Origin: Candidatus Latescibacterota bacterium
Lineage (GTDB): Bacteria > Latescibacterota > UBA2968 > GCA-2709665
NCBI GenBank assembly: GCA_963667175.2
Contig: CAXXXF010000003.1
Coordinates: 416,001-480,000 of the forward strand
Reading direction: 5' to 3'
Length of the DNA: 64,000 bases
Part shown: positions 18,459 to 28,575 of the stretch, one piece after another
Layout of the letters: each line of letters opens with the position of its first letter
How positions within the stretch are numbered: the stretch's first letter is position 1
The notes under the pieces: generated by a model
The model's database searches: none
Told to the model about the DNA's origin: nothing
Seen by the model: only the letters and a program-made list of their open reading frames with translations
Program-made: the position numbers and the translations under genes

Positions 18459-19199
18459 ATGGAACGTTACGACGCGTATGACGCTTTTGCGAGTACCTAC
18501 AACCGGCATTGGGGAAATTTCGCGGACCGAATCTACCGGGTGCTGCGCCGCCTGGTGCTGCGGGATCTCCCGCCGGGTTGCGCCGTTCTGGATCTCTGCT
18601 GCGGAACGGGGCAGCTTGCGGCGGCGCTTTCCGACGAGGGGTACGCCGTTACTGGCGTGGACGGTTCCGACGGGATGATCGGGATTGCGCGGAAAAACGC
18701 GCCGAACGCGGAGTTCCTCGTCCAGGACGCCAGGGATCTGTCATTGACCGGCCGTTTCTCGGCGGTATTCTCGACCTATGACAGCCTGAACCACGTGATG
18801 AGCCTGGACGAACTGGGTCAGGTGTTTCAAAACGTGTTCGCCGTGCTGGAAGACGGCGGGTATTTCGCATTCGACCTGAACATGGAAGAGGGATACCGGT
18901 CGCGATGGCGCGGCAGTTTCGGAATGGTCGAGGATGACCTCGTGTGCGTGGCCCGTTCGTCGAGCGACGAGGAAGAGAGGACGGGAAGAATGGACCTGAC
19001 GGTGTTCGAACTCATCGAAGAAGACTGGAAACGCACGGACGTTCCCCTTCTGCAGCGCTGGTATCCCGAGCACGACATCAGGGAGCAACTCCGGAACGCC
19101 GGATTCGAGGGAATCCGGACGTTCGACGGGAGTGATCCGATTATGGAGGGGCTGCCGGATTACTCGGGCAGGAAGTACTTCGTGGCGAGGAAACCATAG
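18459..19199 (+). CDS. Class I SAM-dependent methyltransferase
   Basis: VLDLCCGTG, GVDGS..M, DSLNH, GGYFAFDLN. Confidence 0.9.
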   Translation: MERYDAYDAFASTYNRHWGNFADRIYRVLRRLVLRDLPPGCAVLDLCCGTGQLAAALSDEGYAVTGVDGSDGMIGIARKNAPNAEFLVQDARDLSLTGRFSAVFSTYDSLNHVMSLDELGQVFQNVFAVLEDGGYFAFDLNMEEGYRSRWRGSFGMVEDDLVCVARSSSDEEERTGRMDLTVFELIEEDWKRTDVPLLQRWYPEHDIREQLRNAGFEGIRTFDGSDPIMEGLPDYSGRKYFVARKP

Positions 19200-19296
19200 G
19201 ATCAACGTATAGACAATGCGCGGCAGTGTCGCAATTTGCGACGCATGTTCCGGGTATCATCGTACGCTATCCGATCGTGTCGAGCCGAGGGCCGCA

Positions 19297-19481
19297 TAGC
19301 AGTCCGTTGAAAAAGTCGCTCTGCAGGCGAGGCCGAGTTATTGGGGCCGAAGACAAGACGCGCGACCGACGCGAATCCCTGGATTCGGGGAGGGAGCGCC
19401 TGCCTGCCGCAGGCAGGCAACGCCGTATTTCGGCCATAAGGGCCGGACGCAGCCCGGATGGGCTTTTTCAACGGCCTGTTG
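19297..19481. mobile_element. MITE with TAGCAG.CCGTTGAAAAA termini (copy 1)
   Basis: Terminal IRs TAGCAGTCCGTTGAAAAAG / CTTTTTCAACGGCCTGTT; body homologous to the inverted copy at 51904-52031. Confidence 0.8.
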
Positions 19482-19641
19482 GTGTAGCCGCTTCACGGGA
19501 ACGCCTGTCGGCATTTGTGCGACGTTGCGGGAAACACGTTGACTACCGGGCTGAGAGGGGAGAGGACCACCGTCTGTGTCGAGGCCGAGACGCCCTCCAT
19601 ACAGGGACGTTGGGGCTCTCAGCCCGGATGGCGCCATTGGA

Positions 19642-21531
19642 TTAATCGCTTACCTGGTTGTATTTCTTCAGTTTGCGGTGCAGGGTTGCGCGATGGATGC
19701 CAAGTGCATTCGCGGCGCGCGTAACGTTGTCGCCGGCAACTTCCAAAGCCAGGAGCACGGCCTGTCGTTCGACCTCCGCGAGTGGACGCGACGCCGTCCT
19801 CTCGGGGCTGTCCTGACCGGACGTGATCGCGGGAGATAGTTGAGGCGGCAGGTTGCCAGCCTGAATCACCGGGGTCCCCTCCAGCAGCACAGCTCGCTCG
19901 ATGGCATTTTCAAGTTCGCGCACATTTCCGGGCCAATCGTACTGCAGCAGCAGGCGCAGGGCGTCCGTGGAGATGCCGTCGAAGGATTTGTTCTGGCGCT
20001 TTGCGAATTTTTCGATGAAGTGCTCAACGAGCGCAGGAATATCCTCCCTTCGCTCCCTCAGGGGTGGAATCACGATGGGAAACGCGGCGACGCGATAGAA
20101 CAGGTCTTCCCGGAATTCGCCCGCCTTTACGGCACGCTCCAGGTCCTTATTGGTTGCCGCTACCACCCTGATGTCGACGGACGTGGGAGCGGTTCCACCA
20201 ATCCGCTGGATTTCACGCTCCTGCAAAACGCGCAACAGCGTGCCCTGAAGCGGGTAGGGCAGGTCGCCAATTTCGTCGATGAGGATCGTACCCCCGTCTG
20301 CGCGTTCAAAGGCCCCGATTCTCCGTGTCGTTGCACCGGTGAATACGCCTTTCTCGTGTCCGAACAATTCGCTTTCGATCAGCGTTTCGGGAATGGTAGC
20401 GCAATCAAGTGCCACAAACGGGCCATTCTTCCTCGAACTGTTAAAGTGAAATGACCTTGCCACGAGTTCTTTGCCGGTGCCGCTTTCGCCCTGGATCAAT
20501 GCTGTAATGTCGCTTTCCGCGGCCTGCTTCATCAGTGCGAAAACGGTATGCATGGCCTTGCTGGTTCCTACCAATCCGGCAAAGGAACACGTTGTCTCCA
20601 ATTCGGTGCGCAAGCGCCGAACTTCGGCCTTCATCTGCTCGGCGTCGACTGCCGTGGATACGTCCCGATACAGAACCAGGTTGCCGACGTCGCGCCCCCG
20701 TTCGTCGGTCACAGGCGCGGTTGATCGGTAGAACAGGCGCTGCCCGGGCAGTCCGCCGGCCCCGGTTGTTTCCACAACGTGTTCGCCGTCGAGAGGAAGA
20801 CTGCCGTCCGTGCCGCTCAGTTCAGGCTTTCTGAACCGTTCCGTGAAACGTGCAATGAGATCGTCCGGTGAAATCTCCTCGAGTTCGAAATCCTCCAGAC
20901 CCATGAGTTGCACGTACATTCCATTGGCGAATTCCAGGCGTCCTGAAACGTCCTGCATTGCAATGGCATCGTCGGTGGCATTCAGGACTGCTTCCAGTCT
21001 TAAATGGCTTGTGGCGAGTTGCCGCCTTTGTTTCGCGAACTCCTGTTCGATGTTCCACTTTCCAACCAGCGACAGGGTGATTTGCTGAATCTCCTCGTGC
21101 GTAAAGGGTTTTCTTATGTAGAGGAGTTTGTGCAGCAATTCCATGTCATAGACGATCTCAGGCACAGCCATATCGGTGTACGCCGTCATAATGACGATTT
21201 CGATGTCGCGATCGACCTCTCTCACCCTGCGCACCGTTTCGATGCCGTCGATGCCCGGGGGCATTCGAATGTCGATATAGGCGACGGCAACGGGTCGATT
21301 CGATTCCTTGCCCTCCCGGATTATGTTGTAGGCGTCCTCTCCATTGTTGGCGTGCAACAGTTCGAACTCCGGAAGATAACGCCCTTCCTGCTCGCGGACA
21401 AATGCAGCCGCAAGATCATCGGCCGACCGGCTCGCAATACTGGAACACAGCATTTCTGCAAAGTCGTCGTGTATCTCGGGCTGATCATCGACGATCAGTA
21501 CCCGTTTGTTTCCGTGATTATAGGTTTTCAT
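19642..21531 (-). CDS. Sigma54-dependent transcriptional regulator (REC-PAS-AAA+-Fis HTH)
   Basis: VLIVDD...[10 protein letters not shown] receiver; PAS-like segment; [31 protein letters not shown]; [15 protein letters not shown]. Confidence 0.92.
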   Translation of the reverse strand: MKTYNHGNKRVLIVDDQPEIHDDFAEMLCSSIASRSADDLAAAFVREQEGRYLPEFELLHANNGEDAYNIIREGKESNRPVAVAYIDIRMPPGIDGIETVRRVREVDRDIEIVIMTAYTDMAVPEIVYDMELLHKLLYIRKPFTHEEIQQITLSLVGKWNIEQEFAKQRRQLATSHLRLEAVLNATDDAIAMQDVSGRLEFANGMYVQLMGLEDFELEEISPDDLIARFTERFRKPELSGTDGSLPLDGEHVVETTGAGGLPGQRLFYRSTAPVTDERGRDVGNLVLYRDVSTAVDAEQMKAEVRRLRTELETTCSFAGLVGTSKAMHTVFALMKQAAESDITALIQGESGTGKELVARSFHFNSSRKNGPFVALDCATIPETLIESELFGHEKGVFTGATTRRIGAFERADGGTILIDEIGDLPYPLQGTLLRVLQEREIQRIGGTAPTSVDIRVVAATNKDLERAVKAGEFREDLFYRVAAFPIVIPPLRERREDIPALVEHFIEKFAKRQNKSFDGISTDALRLLLQYDWPGNVRELENAIERAVLLEGTPVIQAGNLPPQLSPAITSGQDSPERTASRPLAEVERQAVLLALEVAGDNVTRAANALGIHRATLHRKLKKYNQVSD

Positions 21532-21611
21532 CGACCACCCTGGCCCCCCGCCGGTTGACAAGCTATCCGAAGACGGTGCTTCCAGATTTCATCCCGTCCT
21601 TCGCGCCTTAG

Positions 21612-21628
21612 TGCACAATTTGTGCCAA
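21612..21628 (-). promoter_or_regulatory. Sigma54 (-24/-12) promoter
   Basis: Minus strand TTGGCACAAATTGTGCA = GG-N10-GC, about 80 bp upstream of the regulator ATG. Confidence 0.7.
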
Positions 21629-22097
21629 CAACTCTCGACAACATTCAATTTATTGAATATTAGGGAGTTAGACCATACACACGAATTACGGCGAAATCTA
21701 TAGGTGTTGTATTATGCGTCGACTCGCGGCGCGCCAATGCGGCTGCGCCATCCTCATAGAGTCGAACGTAACTATATGGTTTTTATTAATATGTTAAGGA
21801 AATTTTCGCAATATTCCGGACAGAATGTCGCAAATTGCGCCTGAAGTCGTTTTCTGCAACGCCGCGGTGGGGCTTTACCCCTCCCAATCTATCCAACATC
21901 GACTGCAGACCGGCATCGGACCGCTTTATTGCAGGTCCGCGGACCTCGGTCACGCGAATCCGAAGAAGGCGGACGCGCGGAGTCGCCGTCTGCCGAAATC
22001 AGGATTCGTTGTCCTGCGTTCATCAATGCTGTTCGCTTTCTTTGCAAGCGTAAGCGGCCTCAGGATTGTCTGACAGAACCGATTGACATCCGCCCGT

Positions 22098-23330
22098 TCA
22101 TTCCGCGGCGGCGTTTTCCCACGACACACGCACTCCTTTCTTTCGGAATGCGGCGATATGCGTCTCAACGGACTCCCGTGAAAGGGGGTTTCCACGTACG
22201 GTTAGTTTGGTGAGTTTGCCGAGTCCGGTGAGGTGCGATAGGTCTGTGACCCGGTTTTGAGCGAGATTGAGCGTTGCCAGGTTTGCCAGCGCGGACAGCG
22301 GTGCTACGTTGCTGATGGCGTTGTTGTGAAGAAAGAGGTACTGGAGGCTGTACAATCCCAATAGAGGCGAAATATCGGTGATGCCGTTATGGCCCAGATG
22401 AAGCCGCTTCAATTCGCTTAGCCCTGCCAGCGGCCCCAGATCGCTGATCGCGTTCCTGTCGACGTAAAGGCGGGTCAGCCCGGTCAATCCCGACAGCGGT
22501 GTCAGGTCGCTGATCCCATTCCTGTCGAGGTCCAGTTCCTTCAGGTTCTTCAAGCCTGACAATGGCCTCAAGTCGCCAATGCCGTTGCTGTCGAGGCGCA
22601 GCGCCGTCAGCCGGGTGAGACCGGAAAGGGGCGAAAGGTCGCCGATCCCGTTGCTGTCCAGATCCAGTTCTTTCAGGTTTTTCAACCGGGCGAGCGGCGA
22701 GACGTCGCTGATGCCGTTGCCCTCGAGGCGTAGCCCCGTCAGGCCGGTCAGCCCCGATAAAGGAGATAGGTCGGTGATGCCGTTGTTGTCCAGGTCCAGT
22801 TCCTTCAGATTTATCAGCCCGGACAGAGGTTGGATGTCACTGATGCCATTGCCCTCGAGACGCAATCTGATCAGATTTGTCAGCCCGGCCAGCGGCGAGA
22901 CGTCGCTGATGCCGTTGTCCGCGAGGTAGAGCCTTTCCAGGCCTTTCAACCGGGCCAGCTGCGTGATGTCGCTGATTCTGTTGCCGTCGAGACGCAGCCT
23001 CTTCAGATTGGTCAGCAGGGACAGAGGCCCCAGGTCGGCGATGGCGTTGTCGTCGAGAGAAAGCACGACCAGGTTCTTCGCATGCTCGAGCCCGTTGAGA
23101 TGGACGACACTGTCGCGATGCGTTGCCAGGCGCGTCAATCCTGCCAGCTCAGCCGCAGTGACCGGCTCGCCGTCGGCCTTCTTCAGGGTATCCCGAATCA
23201 CCGCTCGCAATCGGGCATCTGAGATCAAAGACGATCTCGATTCGGACGCCGGCGGTTCCGTGAATTCCCGCGGACCGGCGCAGCCGAACAGGGAAATTAC
23301 AATCACCAGGAATGTGATGTTGCAACGCAT
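22098..23330 (-). CDS. Internalin-like leucine-rich-repeat lipoprotein
   Basis: Lipobox LFGC; ISDARLRAVIRDTL cap; about 14 tandem 22-aa repeats LxxLxLxxNxIxDLxPLxxL. Confidence 0.92.
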   Translation of the reverse strand: MRCNITFLVIVISLFGCAGPREFTEPPASESRSSLISDARLRAVIRDTLKKADGEPVTAAELAGLTRLATHRDSVVHLNGLEHAKNLVVLSLDDNAIADLGPLSLLTNLKRLRLDGNRISDITQLARLKGLERLYLADNGISDVSPLAGLTNLIRLRLEGNGISDIQPLSGLINLKELDLDNNGITDLSPLSGLTGLTGLRLEGNGISDVSPLARLKNLKELDLDSNGIGDLSPLSGLTRLTALRLDSNGIGDLRPLSGLKNLKELDLDRNGISDLTPLSGLTGLTRLYVDRNAISDLGPLAGLSELKRLHLGHNGITDISPLLGLYSLQYLFLHNNAISNVAPLSALANLATLNLAQNRVTDLSHLTGLGKLTKLTVRGNPLSRESVETHIAAFRKKGVRVSWENAAAE

Positions 23331-23649
23331 GCGAAACCTTCTTCATCGGACGCTGGCGCGCGGCAACGGTGGAAATGGGCGTAATTGTGCCCATTCGACA
23401 GCGTAGACCAGGGTCTACGCTGTCACAGGTCCACTGCCGATGGGTGAAAAGAGGGTTGGTCAGGAGAACTGTTCGCGAAGATAAGGTGAAAGCAGCGCTT
23501 TTACAAATCAAAACAGAAACGTGCCGTGCCGTCAGGCGCCGGGCTCGATGAGGGACCCGCCAAGTGTCATGACCGGATACATCTACTAAGGTGACACAGG
23601 CATTGATGAGAACTTCCTGTCGGCGTTTATCAGCGTTTGTCGTGTCACT

Positions 23650-23900
23650 GGGTCGATTCAATAATCGCGGCGGTGGCGCCCAGGTGAAGTCAGATTGCCA
23701 TGCCTTTCTTTGTATGTCGATGACGGCCCATGCTGACTTCGAAATCGTCGACGAAGGCGCGGCGGAGCATGACCCGGCCGGGTTCGGCCAGCACCTCCAG
23801 CGTGTCCCAGGTCGCACCTGTAAACCTGCCAATGATCCATTCAGTCGAGATTGAGGACGGCATCAACCGCACCTTGGGCCCCTGCAGTTCATGTATCACG
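23650..23900 (-). pseudogene. Fragment of a hypothetical membrane-associated protein
   Basis: Protein-like stretch VRLMPSS..IIGRFTGATWDTLEV...FEVSMGRHRHTKKGMAI*LHLGATAAII interrupted by stops, with no clean start. Confidence 0.35.
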
Positions 23901-24258
23901 TCTCTTGCTCTGCGCCGGCGTTTCCATCCGCTTGAGACCGTCTTTCTCTCTCGTCGCCCCGACTTTCTTGCAGCGCACATTGCGCAAACCCCGTGACAAA
24001 ACCGATTGTGCCCCGAATCGGGCGGAATCGACGGCAATTCGCACGGAAAACGTGCGACAGATGCCAAAGGAAACTTGCGCCTGCAAGCCCGGGTTTGCAG
24101 GAAACGGGCGCGCAGGCAACAAAAAACCGGCGACACAATGCGTGTCTCCGGACTCAATGGGGGAAGGGGTCCCCGCTGGCGTTGACATCGGCGATTGACG
24201 TCGCCAGTCCGTGTCGTCAGCCGGTTCAGGCTGACTGCTGAAGGCTGAATGCTGACAG

Positions 24259-25422
24259 CTATCGGTAGATTTCCGGATCGATCCCGAGTTCCCTGACTTT
24301 CTGCTGCAGGGCCTGCCGTTTCATGCCAATGGCGGGGGCCGTGCGGCTCATATTGCCGTTGTGGCGTTCCAGCGCCGATCGAATGAAGGCGGCTTCAAAA
24401 GCCTGAACGACCTCCTGTTTTGCATCCTGAAACGACACGCCGTCCCGCCAGTTCGGTGCTCTTGAGTCGACGGGTTCCGTGCCGACCGAACGGACTTCCT
24501 CCGGAAGCAGGTCCCTGCTCAGGACCGCGTCCTCTGCGAAGATGACGGCACGCTCAACGGCGTGCATCAACTCGCGAATATTTCCCGGCCATGCGTAGCC
24601 CGCCAGGTGTTTCGTCACATCGGCCGGCACTTCCGATACGGCCTTTCCGTGCCTTCGATTGAATCGATCCAGAAAACTCTGCACGAGCAGGGGTATATCC
24701 TCGCGACGCTCACGAAGCGGCGGCAGGAAGATATCGACCACTTTCAATCGGTAATAAAGGTCATCACGAAACCGCCCTCGTGCAATCTCATCCGGAAGGT
24801 TACGATTGGTGGCGCTGATCATCCGGACGTCCACCGCCAGCGTCTCGACGCCGCCCAGCCGCTCGAATTGCTGCTCCTGGAGCACACGCAACAGCTTTGT
24901 CTGGGTGTCGGCGTGCGTGTCCCCGATCTCGTCCAGAAACAGGGTTCCGCCGTCCGCGAGCTCGAATTTGCCCTGCCGCCGCGACACCGCTCCCGTAAAG
25001 GCGCCCTTTTCGTGGCCGAACAATTCGCTTTCGATCAACTCACTGGGAAGCGCCGCGGCGTTCACCGCGACAAACGGGCGTTCTTTCCGCCCGCTCTGCT
25101 CGTGAATCGCCCGCGCCACGAGTTCCTTTCCGGTCCCGCTCTCGCCGTGAACCAGCACGGCTGCATCGGTTCCGGCCACCTTGCCAATCATGTCGCAGAC
25201 CCGCTCCATGGTCCGGCTCCGGCCGATCAGCAACCCGAACCCGGACTGACGGCGAATCTCGTTGCGCAACGTTTCGTTCTCCCTTTGCAGGCGAACCGTC
25301 TCGAGCGCATTCTGGACCAGGCAGCGAAGTTAGTCCACGTCGTAGGGCTTGTTTACGTAGTCGTACGCCCCCGCTTTCATCGCCTCAACCGCAATCCGCT
25401 CCGACCCGAAAGCGGTCATCAT
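24259..25422 (-). pseudogene. Disrupted NtrC-type sigma54 response regulator
   Basis: Intact AAA+ (GAFTGA) and HTH in 24259-25269; upstream in-frame receiver remnant MMTAFGSERIAVEAMKAGAYDYVNKPYDVD has a TAA at 25330-25332 and lacks the N-terminal half of the receiver. Confidence 0.8.
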
Positions 25423-25652
25423 CGCGCGACCTGGGCCGCGTAGACTGCCGCGCGAGCGCCGGGCGAAGCCTGTTCGATCAGAATCCGCAGCGCGTCTCCC
25501 GTATACCAGAGCGCACCCCCCAGAATCAGCAGGAGCAACGGAAGCGGCGTGCTCCTGCGCTTTATGGCGGACACGAAAATGCCCCAGAGCAGCCCGGCGG
25601 CGACCGCGCCGCCGACCAGCCAGATCGTGTCATATATCGAGAGATTCATCAT
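25419..25652 (-). pseudogene. N-terminal membrane fragment, probably of the cognate sensor kinase
   Basis: 77 aa with two hydrophobic helices, ending abruptly where the truncated receiver begins. Confidence 0.5.
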
Positions 25653-25868
25653 TTCGGAAACACAAGCGACCCGGCGCGGGGCCGGGGGGAGAGGTCTGCG
25701 CAGACGCCACCTGATTGGGTTTTGCTTGTAGCTGACAACTGACAGCTATCTGCTGGTCTTCAGGTATGGAAATTAGCGAAATCAGGCCGTGATTTCAACT
25801 CAAACCGCCCGCAACTCCAGCCGGAATGCCCTGGAATGACATCCGCCGATCCGCTGGAACTCAAAGCA

Positions 25869-26672
25869 TCAACTCCCCGTGGACCGATAGTGACGGACGC
25901 CAAGACGCCAGGCGCGGAGGGCGACGAGCAGGAAGGCCATACCGGCCAGGGGGGACAGCCAATGCACCCACGCGGCCGATCCGAGCGGATCGGTCCGGTC
26001 CAGAATCGCAAGGGCGGGGAAGTACGTGATGCCGGCCAGAGGGACAACGTACGTAAAGAAGCGGCGGAACCACCCGGGGTAGATCACCAGGGGAAACTGG
26101 GCGGTCTCAGTGCCGCCGTTGGTGAGCGTATTGGCGATCTCCAGGCCTTCGGTCGTCCAGAAAGCGAGGGTCGCCTGGAGTACGAAAAGGCCGAAAAAGA
26201 GGCAGGCGCCGCTCAGAACAGCCCCTGCAAGAAGCGCGATTTTAGCCGAAGACCAGGCGATTTCGAGCGCGGCTTGCGCCCAGACCAGGACTGCCAGGGC
26301 CTGGAGGAAACGGCCGATTCGTTGCAGCTGGATTTCCTGACCCATCAGTTGCAGGACGGTACCGCGGGGCCGCAGCAGCACGCGGTCGAAGTCTCCGCTC
26401 TTCACCATTGTGCCAAAGGTGTCGAACCCCCGCGCGAATCCCTCGGCAAGGGCGAAGGCGATGTTGACCATGCCGTACAGCAATGCGACCTCGGGCAATC
26501 TCCAACCCCGGACGTTGCCGAAGTGCTCGAAAAGGACCCACAGGGCGGCGAATTCCAGGCAGGTAAGAAGACAGAACCCCGCGGCCAGCATCACGGTAGA
26601 TGCCCGGTACTGCATCTGGCTTCGAATGGAGACCGCAACGTAACGACGATAGAGACGAAAGGCATTGCGCAT
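25869..26672 (-). CDS. ABC-2 family exporter permease
   Basis: SIRSQMQYR, VKSGDFDRVLLRP, QFPLVIYPGW.RRFFTYVVP, YRSTGS C-terminus. Confidence 0.9.
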   Translation of the reverse strand: MRNAFRLYRRYVAVSIRSQMQYRASTVMLAAGFCLLTCLEFAALWVLFEHFGNVRGWRLPEVALLYGMVNIAFALAEGFARGFDTFGTMVKSGDFDRVLLRPRGTVLQLMGQEIQLQRIGRFLQALAVLVWAQAALEIAWSSAKIALLAGAVLSGACLFFGLFVLQATLAFWTTEGLEIANTLTNGGTETAQFPLVIYPGWFRRFFTYVVPLAGITYFPALAILDRTDPLGSAAWVHWLSPLAGMAFLLVALRAWRLGVRHYRSTGS

Positions 26673-26676
26673 GGAA

Positions 26677-27468
26677 TCAACCTCCCTGAATAACGAGCCG
26701 ACGGGTACCGCGAGCGAGCAGTGCGCGGCCCAGAGCGATCAGGCCGAGTGTCCAGGCCAACTGGTGTGCGAAGAGCGGAAGGATTTCCGATGGAGGGATG
26801 TGGCCCATGTAGAGCCGAAGAGGCACGTCCACAAGCCCCCGGAAGGGCAGGACGTCGAGGACGGTTCGAGCCCAGACAGGAAAAAAGGGCAGGGGCACGT
26901 ACATGCCGGAAAAGATCGCCACGGCGGCGACCATGAGCGTGGAGATTCCCTGCCCCGACACCGTCCAGAGCATGGAGACGTTGAGCAGATTTGCGATCGC
27001 CGTGCCGAGAAGCAGCGCCCCGAGGGTTGTCAGGGCCCACGCGCCGCCGGCAGCCCATGACTGCGGAGGCTGAAGGCCGAAAAACAGTCCGGCGATAGCG
27101 AACATCGGTACCGCCCGAAGCAGAGTTGGGGCGGTTCGCCGTGCGATATCCCGGCAGAACCAGAACGTGTACAGGTCCAGGGGCCGGGCAAGTTCGTATG
27201 CCACCGTACCCGACCGGATCATCGCGCGCATCTCCCGGTCGATGATCCAGGGAAGCATTCCCAGCATGGCCTGGCCCAACCAGATGTAGGTGATAACGTC
27301 AGCGAGGCTCATCGGCTGGTGGGCCGTGGTGGAACGGTAGAACGCGGAGAAGAACATCATTCGTATCAGGCCCCAGAATACCTGTGTGCCCAGTCCCGCT
27401 ACGGCTGCCATGCGGTATTGCAGCAACATCCGGAAGCGCGCGCCGATCACGGCTGCATAGGCCTTCAT
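26677..27468 (-). CDS. ABC-2 family exporter permease
   Basis: LQYR, ITYIWLGQA, IRSGTVAYELARP, SGMYVPLPFFP, LVIQGG C-terminus. Confidence 0.9.
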   Translation of the reverse strand: MKAYAAVIGARFRMLLQYRMAAVAGLGTQVFWGLIRMMFFSAFYRSTTAHQPMSLADVITYIWLGQAMLGMLPWIIDREMRAMIRSGTVAYELARPLDLYTFWFCRDIARRTAPTLLRAVPMFAIAGLFFGLQPPQSWAAGGAWALTTLGALLLGTAIANLLNVSMLWTVSGQGISTLMVAAVAIFSGMYVPLPFFPVWARTVLDVLPFRGLVDVPLRLYMGHIPPSEILPLFAHQLAWTLGLIALGRALLARGTRRLVIQGG

Positions 27469-28448
27469 AATCTCTCCTTTTCGTACATCTGCGCGATGAT
27501 TTCTTCGATGGGCGGGTTTTCGACGTAGAGGTCCCGGACCGGATGTCGGGCCGTGATTCGGCCAATGAGGGATGCAGCCGACACCCGATCGGGATCGAAG
27601 CTGAGTTGAACCCTGTACCCGTCGCGTTTCACAACCGCGGCGTCCGGAACCGAAACTTCCTGGGTTTCATCGACAAGGTCCACGGTGAGGCGCCGCTCCC
27701 GGGTGACGCGGGTTCGCAGGTCCTTCAGCGTGCCGTCGGAGAGGATCCGGCCCTGACCGATAACCATGACCCGGGTGCATAGGGCTTCGATATCGTCCAT
27801 GTCGTGCGTTGTGAGGATGACCGTAACGCCCCGCTCCCTGTTGAGTCGTTTGACAAAGTCACGGACCTTCAGCTTGGACACGGCGTCCAGGCCAATGGTG
27901 GGTTCGTCCAGGAAGAGGAGAGGGGGAGAATGGAGGAGCGCCGCGGCCAGATCGCAGCGCATTCTCTGTCCCAGGGAGAGTTGCCGCACCGGAGTGTCCA
28001 GGAACCGGTCAAATTCCAGCAGGCCGATGAGTTCATCGCGACTTGCGATGTATTCCGTACCGGGGACTCTGTAGACGTCGCGCAGCAGGTCGAAGGATTC
28101 GATGACGGGCAGATCCCACCAGAGCTGCGTGCGTTGTCCGAAGACGACGCCGATGTTCCGGACGTGTGAAATGCGCTCCTTCCAGGGGACGCGACCCGCG
28201 ATCTCGCAACTGCCCGAATCGGGAACGAGGATGCCGGAGAGGACCTTGACGGTGGTGGATTTGCCCGCGCCGTTGGGTCCGATGTAACCGACGAGTTCTC
28301 CGGGTTGGATGGAGAACGAGACGCCGTCCAGCGCGCTGACGGTGCGGTATCGTCGTTGAATAACGCCTTTGAGCGCACCCCACGTGCCGGGCTTGCGTTC
28401 AGCGATGCGAAAGGTTTTCGCAAGATTCTCTACGATTATGTGGGGCAC
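27465..28448 (-). CDS. ABC exporter ATP-binding protein
   Basis: GPNGAGKST, LSLGQRMR, LDEPTIGLD, TTHDM; GAGGAG RBS before GTG 28448. Confidence 0.92.
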   Translation of the reverse strand: MPHIIVENLAKTFRIAERKPGTWGALKGVIQRRYRTVSALDGVSFSIQPGELVGYIGPNGAGKSTTVKVLSGILVPDSGSCEIAGRVPWKERISHVRNIGVVFGQRTQLWWDLPVIESFDLLRDVYRVPGTEYIASRDELIGLLEFDRFLDTPVRQLSLGQRMRCDLAAALLHSPPLLFLDEPTIGLDAVSKLKVRDFVKRLNRERGVTVILTTHDMDDIEALCTRVMVIGQGRILSDGTLKDLRTRVTRERRLTVDLVDETQEVSVPDAAVVKRDGYRVQLSFDPDRVSAASLIGRITARHPVRDLYVENPPIEEIIAQMYEKERL

Positions 28449-28491
28449 TTCGGGTCTCCTCATCGGGTGACGGCTCGGCAGCTTTAAAGAC

Positions 28492-28531
28492 AAACAAAAA
28501 GCCCGTCGTCGAGATAACCTCGACAACGGGC
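28492..28531 (-). terminator. Intrinsic terminator in the 5' leader of the ABC exporter operon (attenuator)
   Basis: Minus strand GCCCGTTGTCGAGG-TTA-TCTCGACGACGGGC-TTTTTGTTTG. Confidence 0.8.
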
Positions 28532-28575
28532 AGTAGCCGGAAACCGGGCCTGGCCTGCGAAAGGCCGCCTTATGA

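Noticed and set aside
22300-23100. Regular 66-bp periodicity as a possible CRISPR array
   Set aside because: The repeats are in-frame LRR codons with no unique spacers and no cas genes.
23400-23421. Hairpin AGCGTAGAC-CAGG-GTCTACGCT upstream of the LRR gene
   Set aside because: Single copy with no U-tract; could be an operator but nothing further supports a function.
23690-23692. TGA in the KKGMAI*LHLG fragment as selenocysteine
   Set aside because: Hydrophobic Gly-type context, further stops follow within a few codons, and no Cys-family rationale.
25330-25332. In-frame stop in the response regulator as recoding
   Set aside because: It is TAA at a probable Glu position and the receiver is also truncated, so decay or error is more likely.
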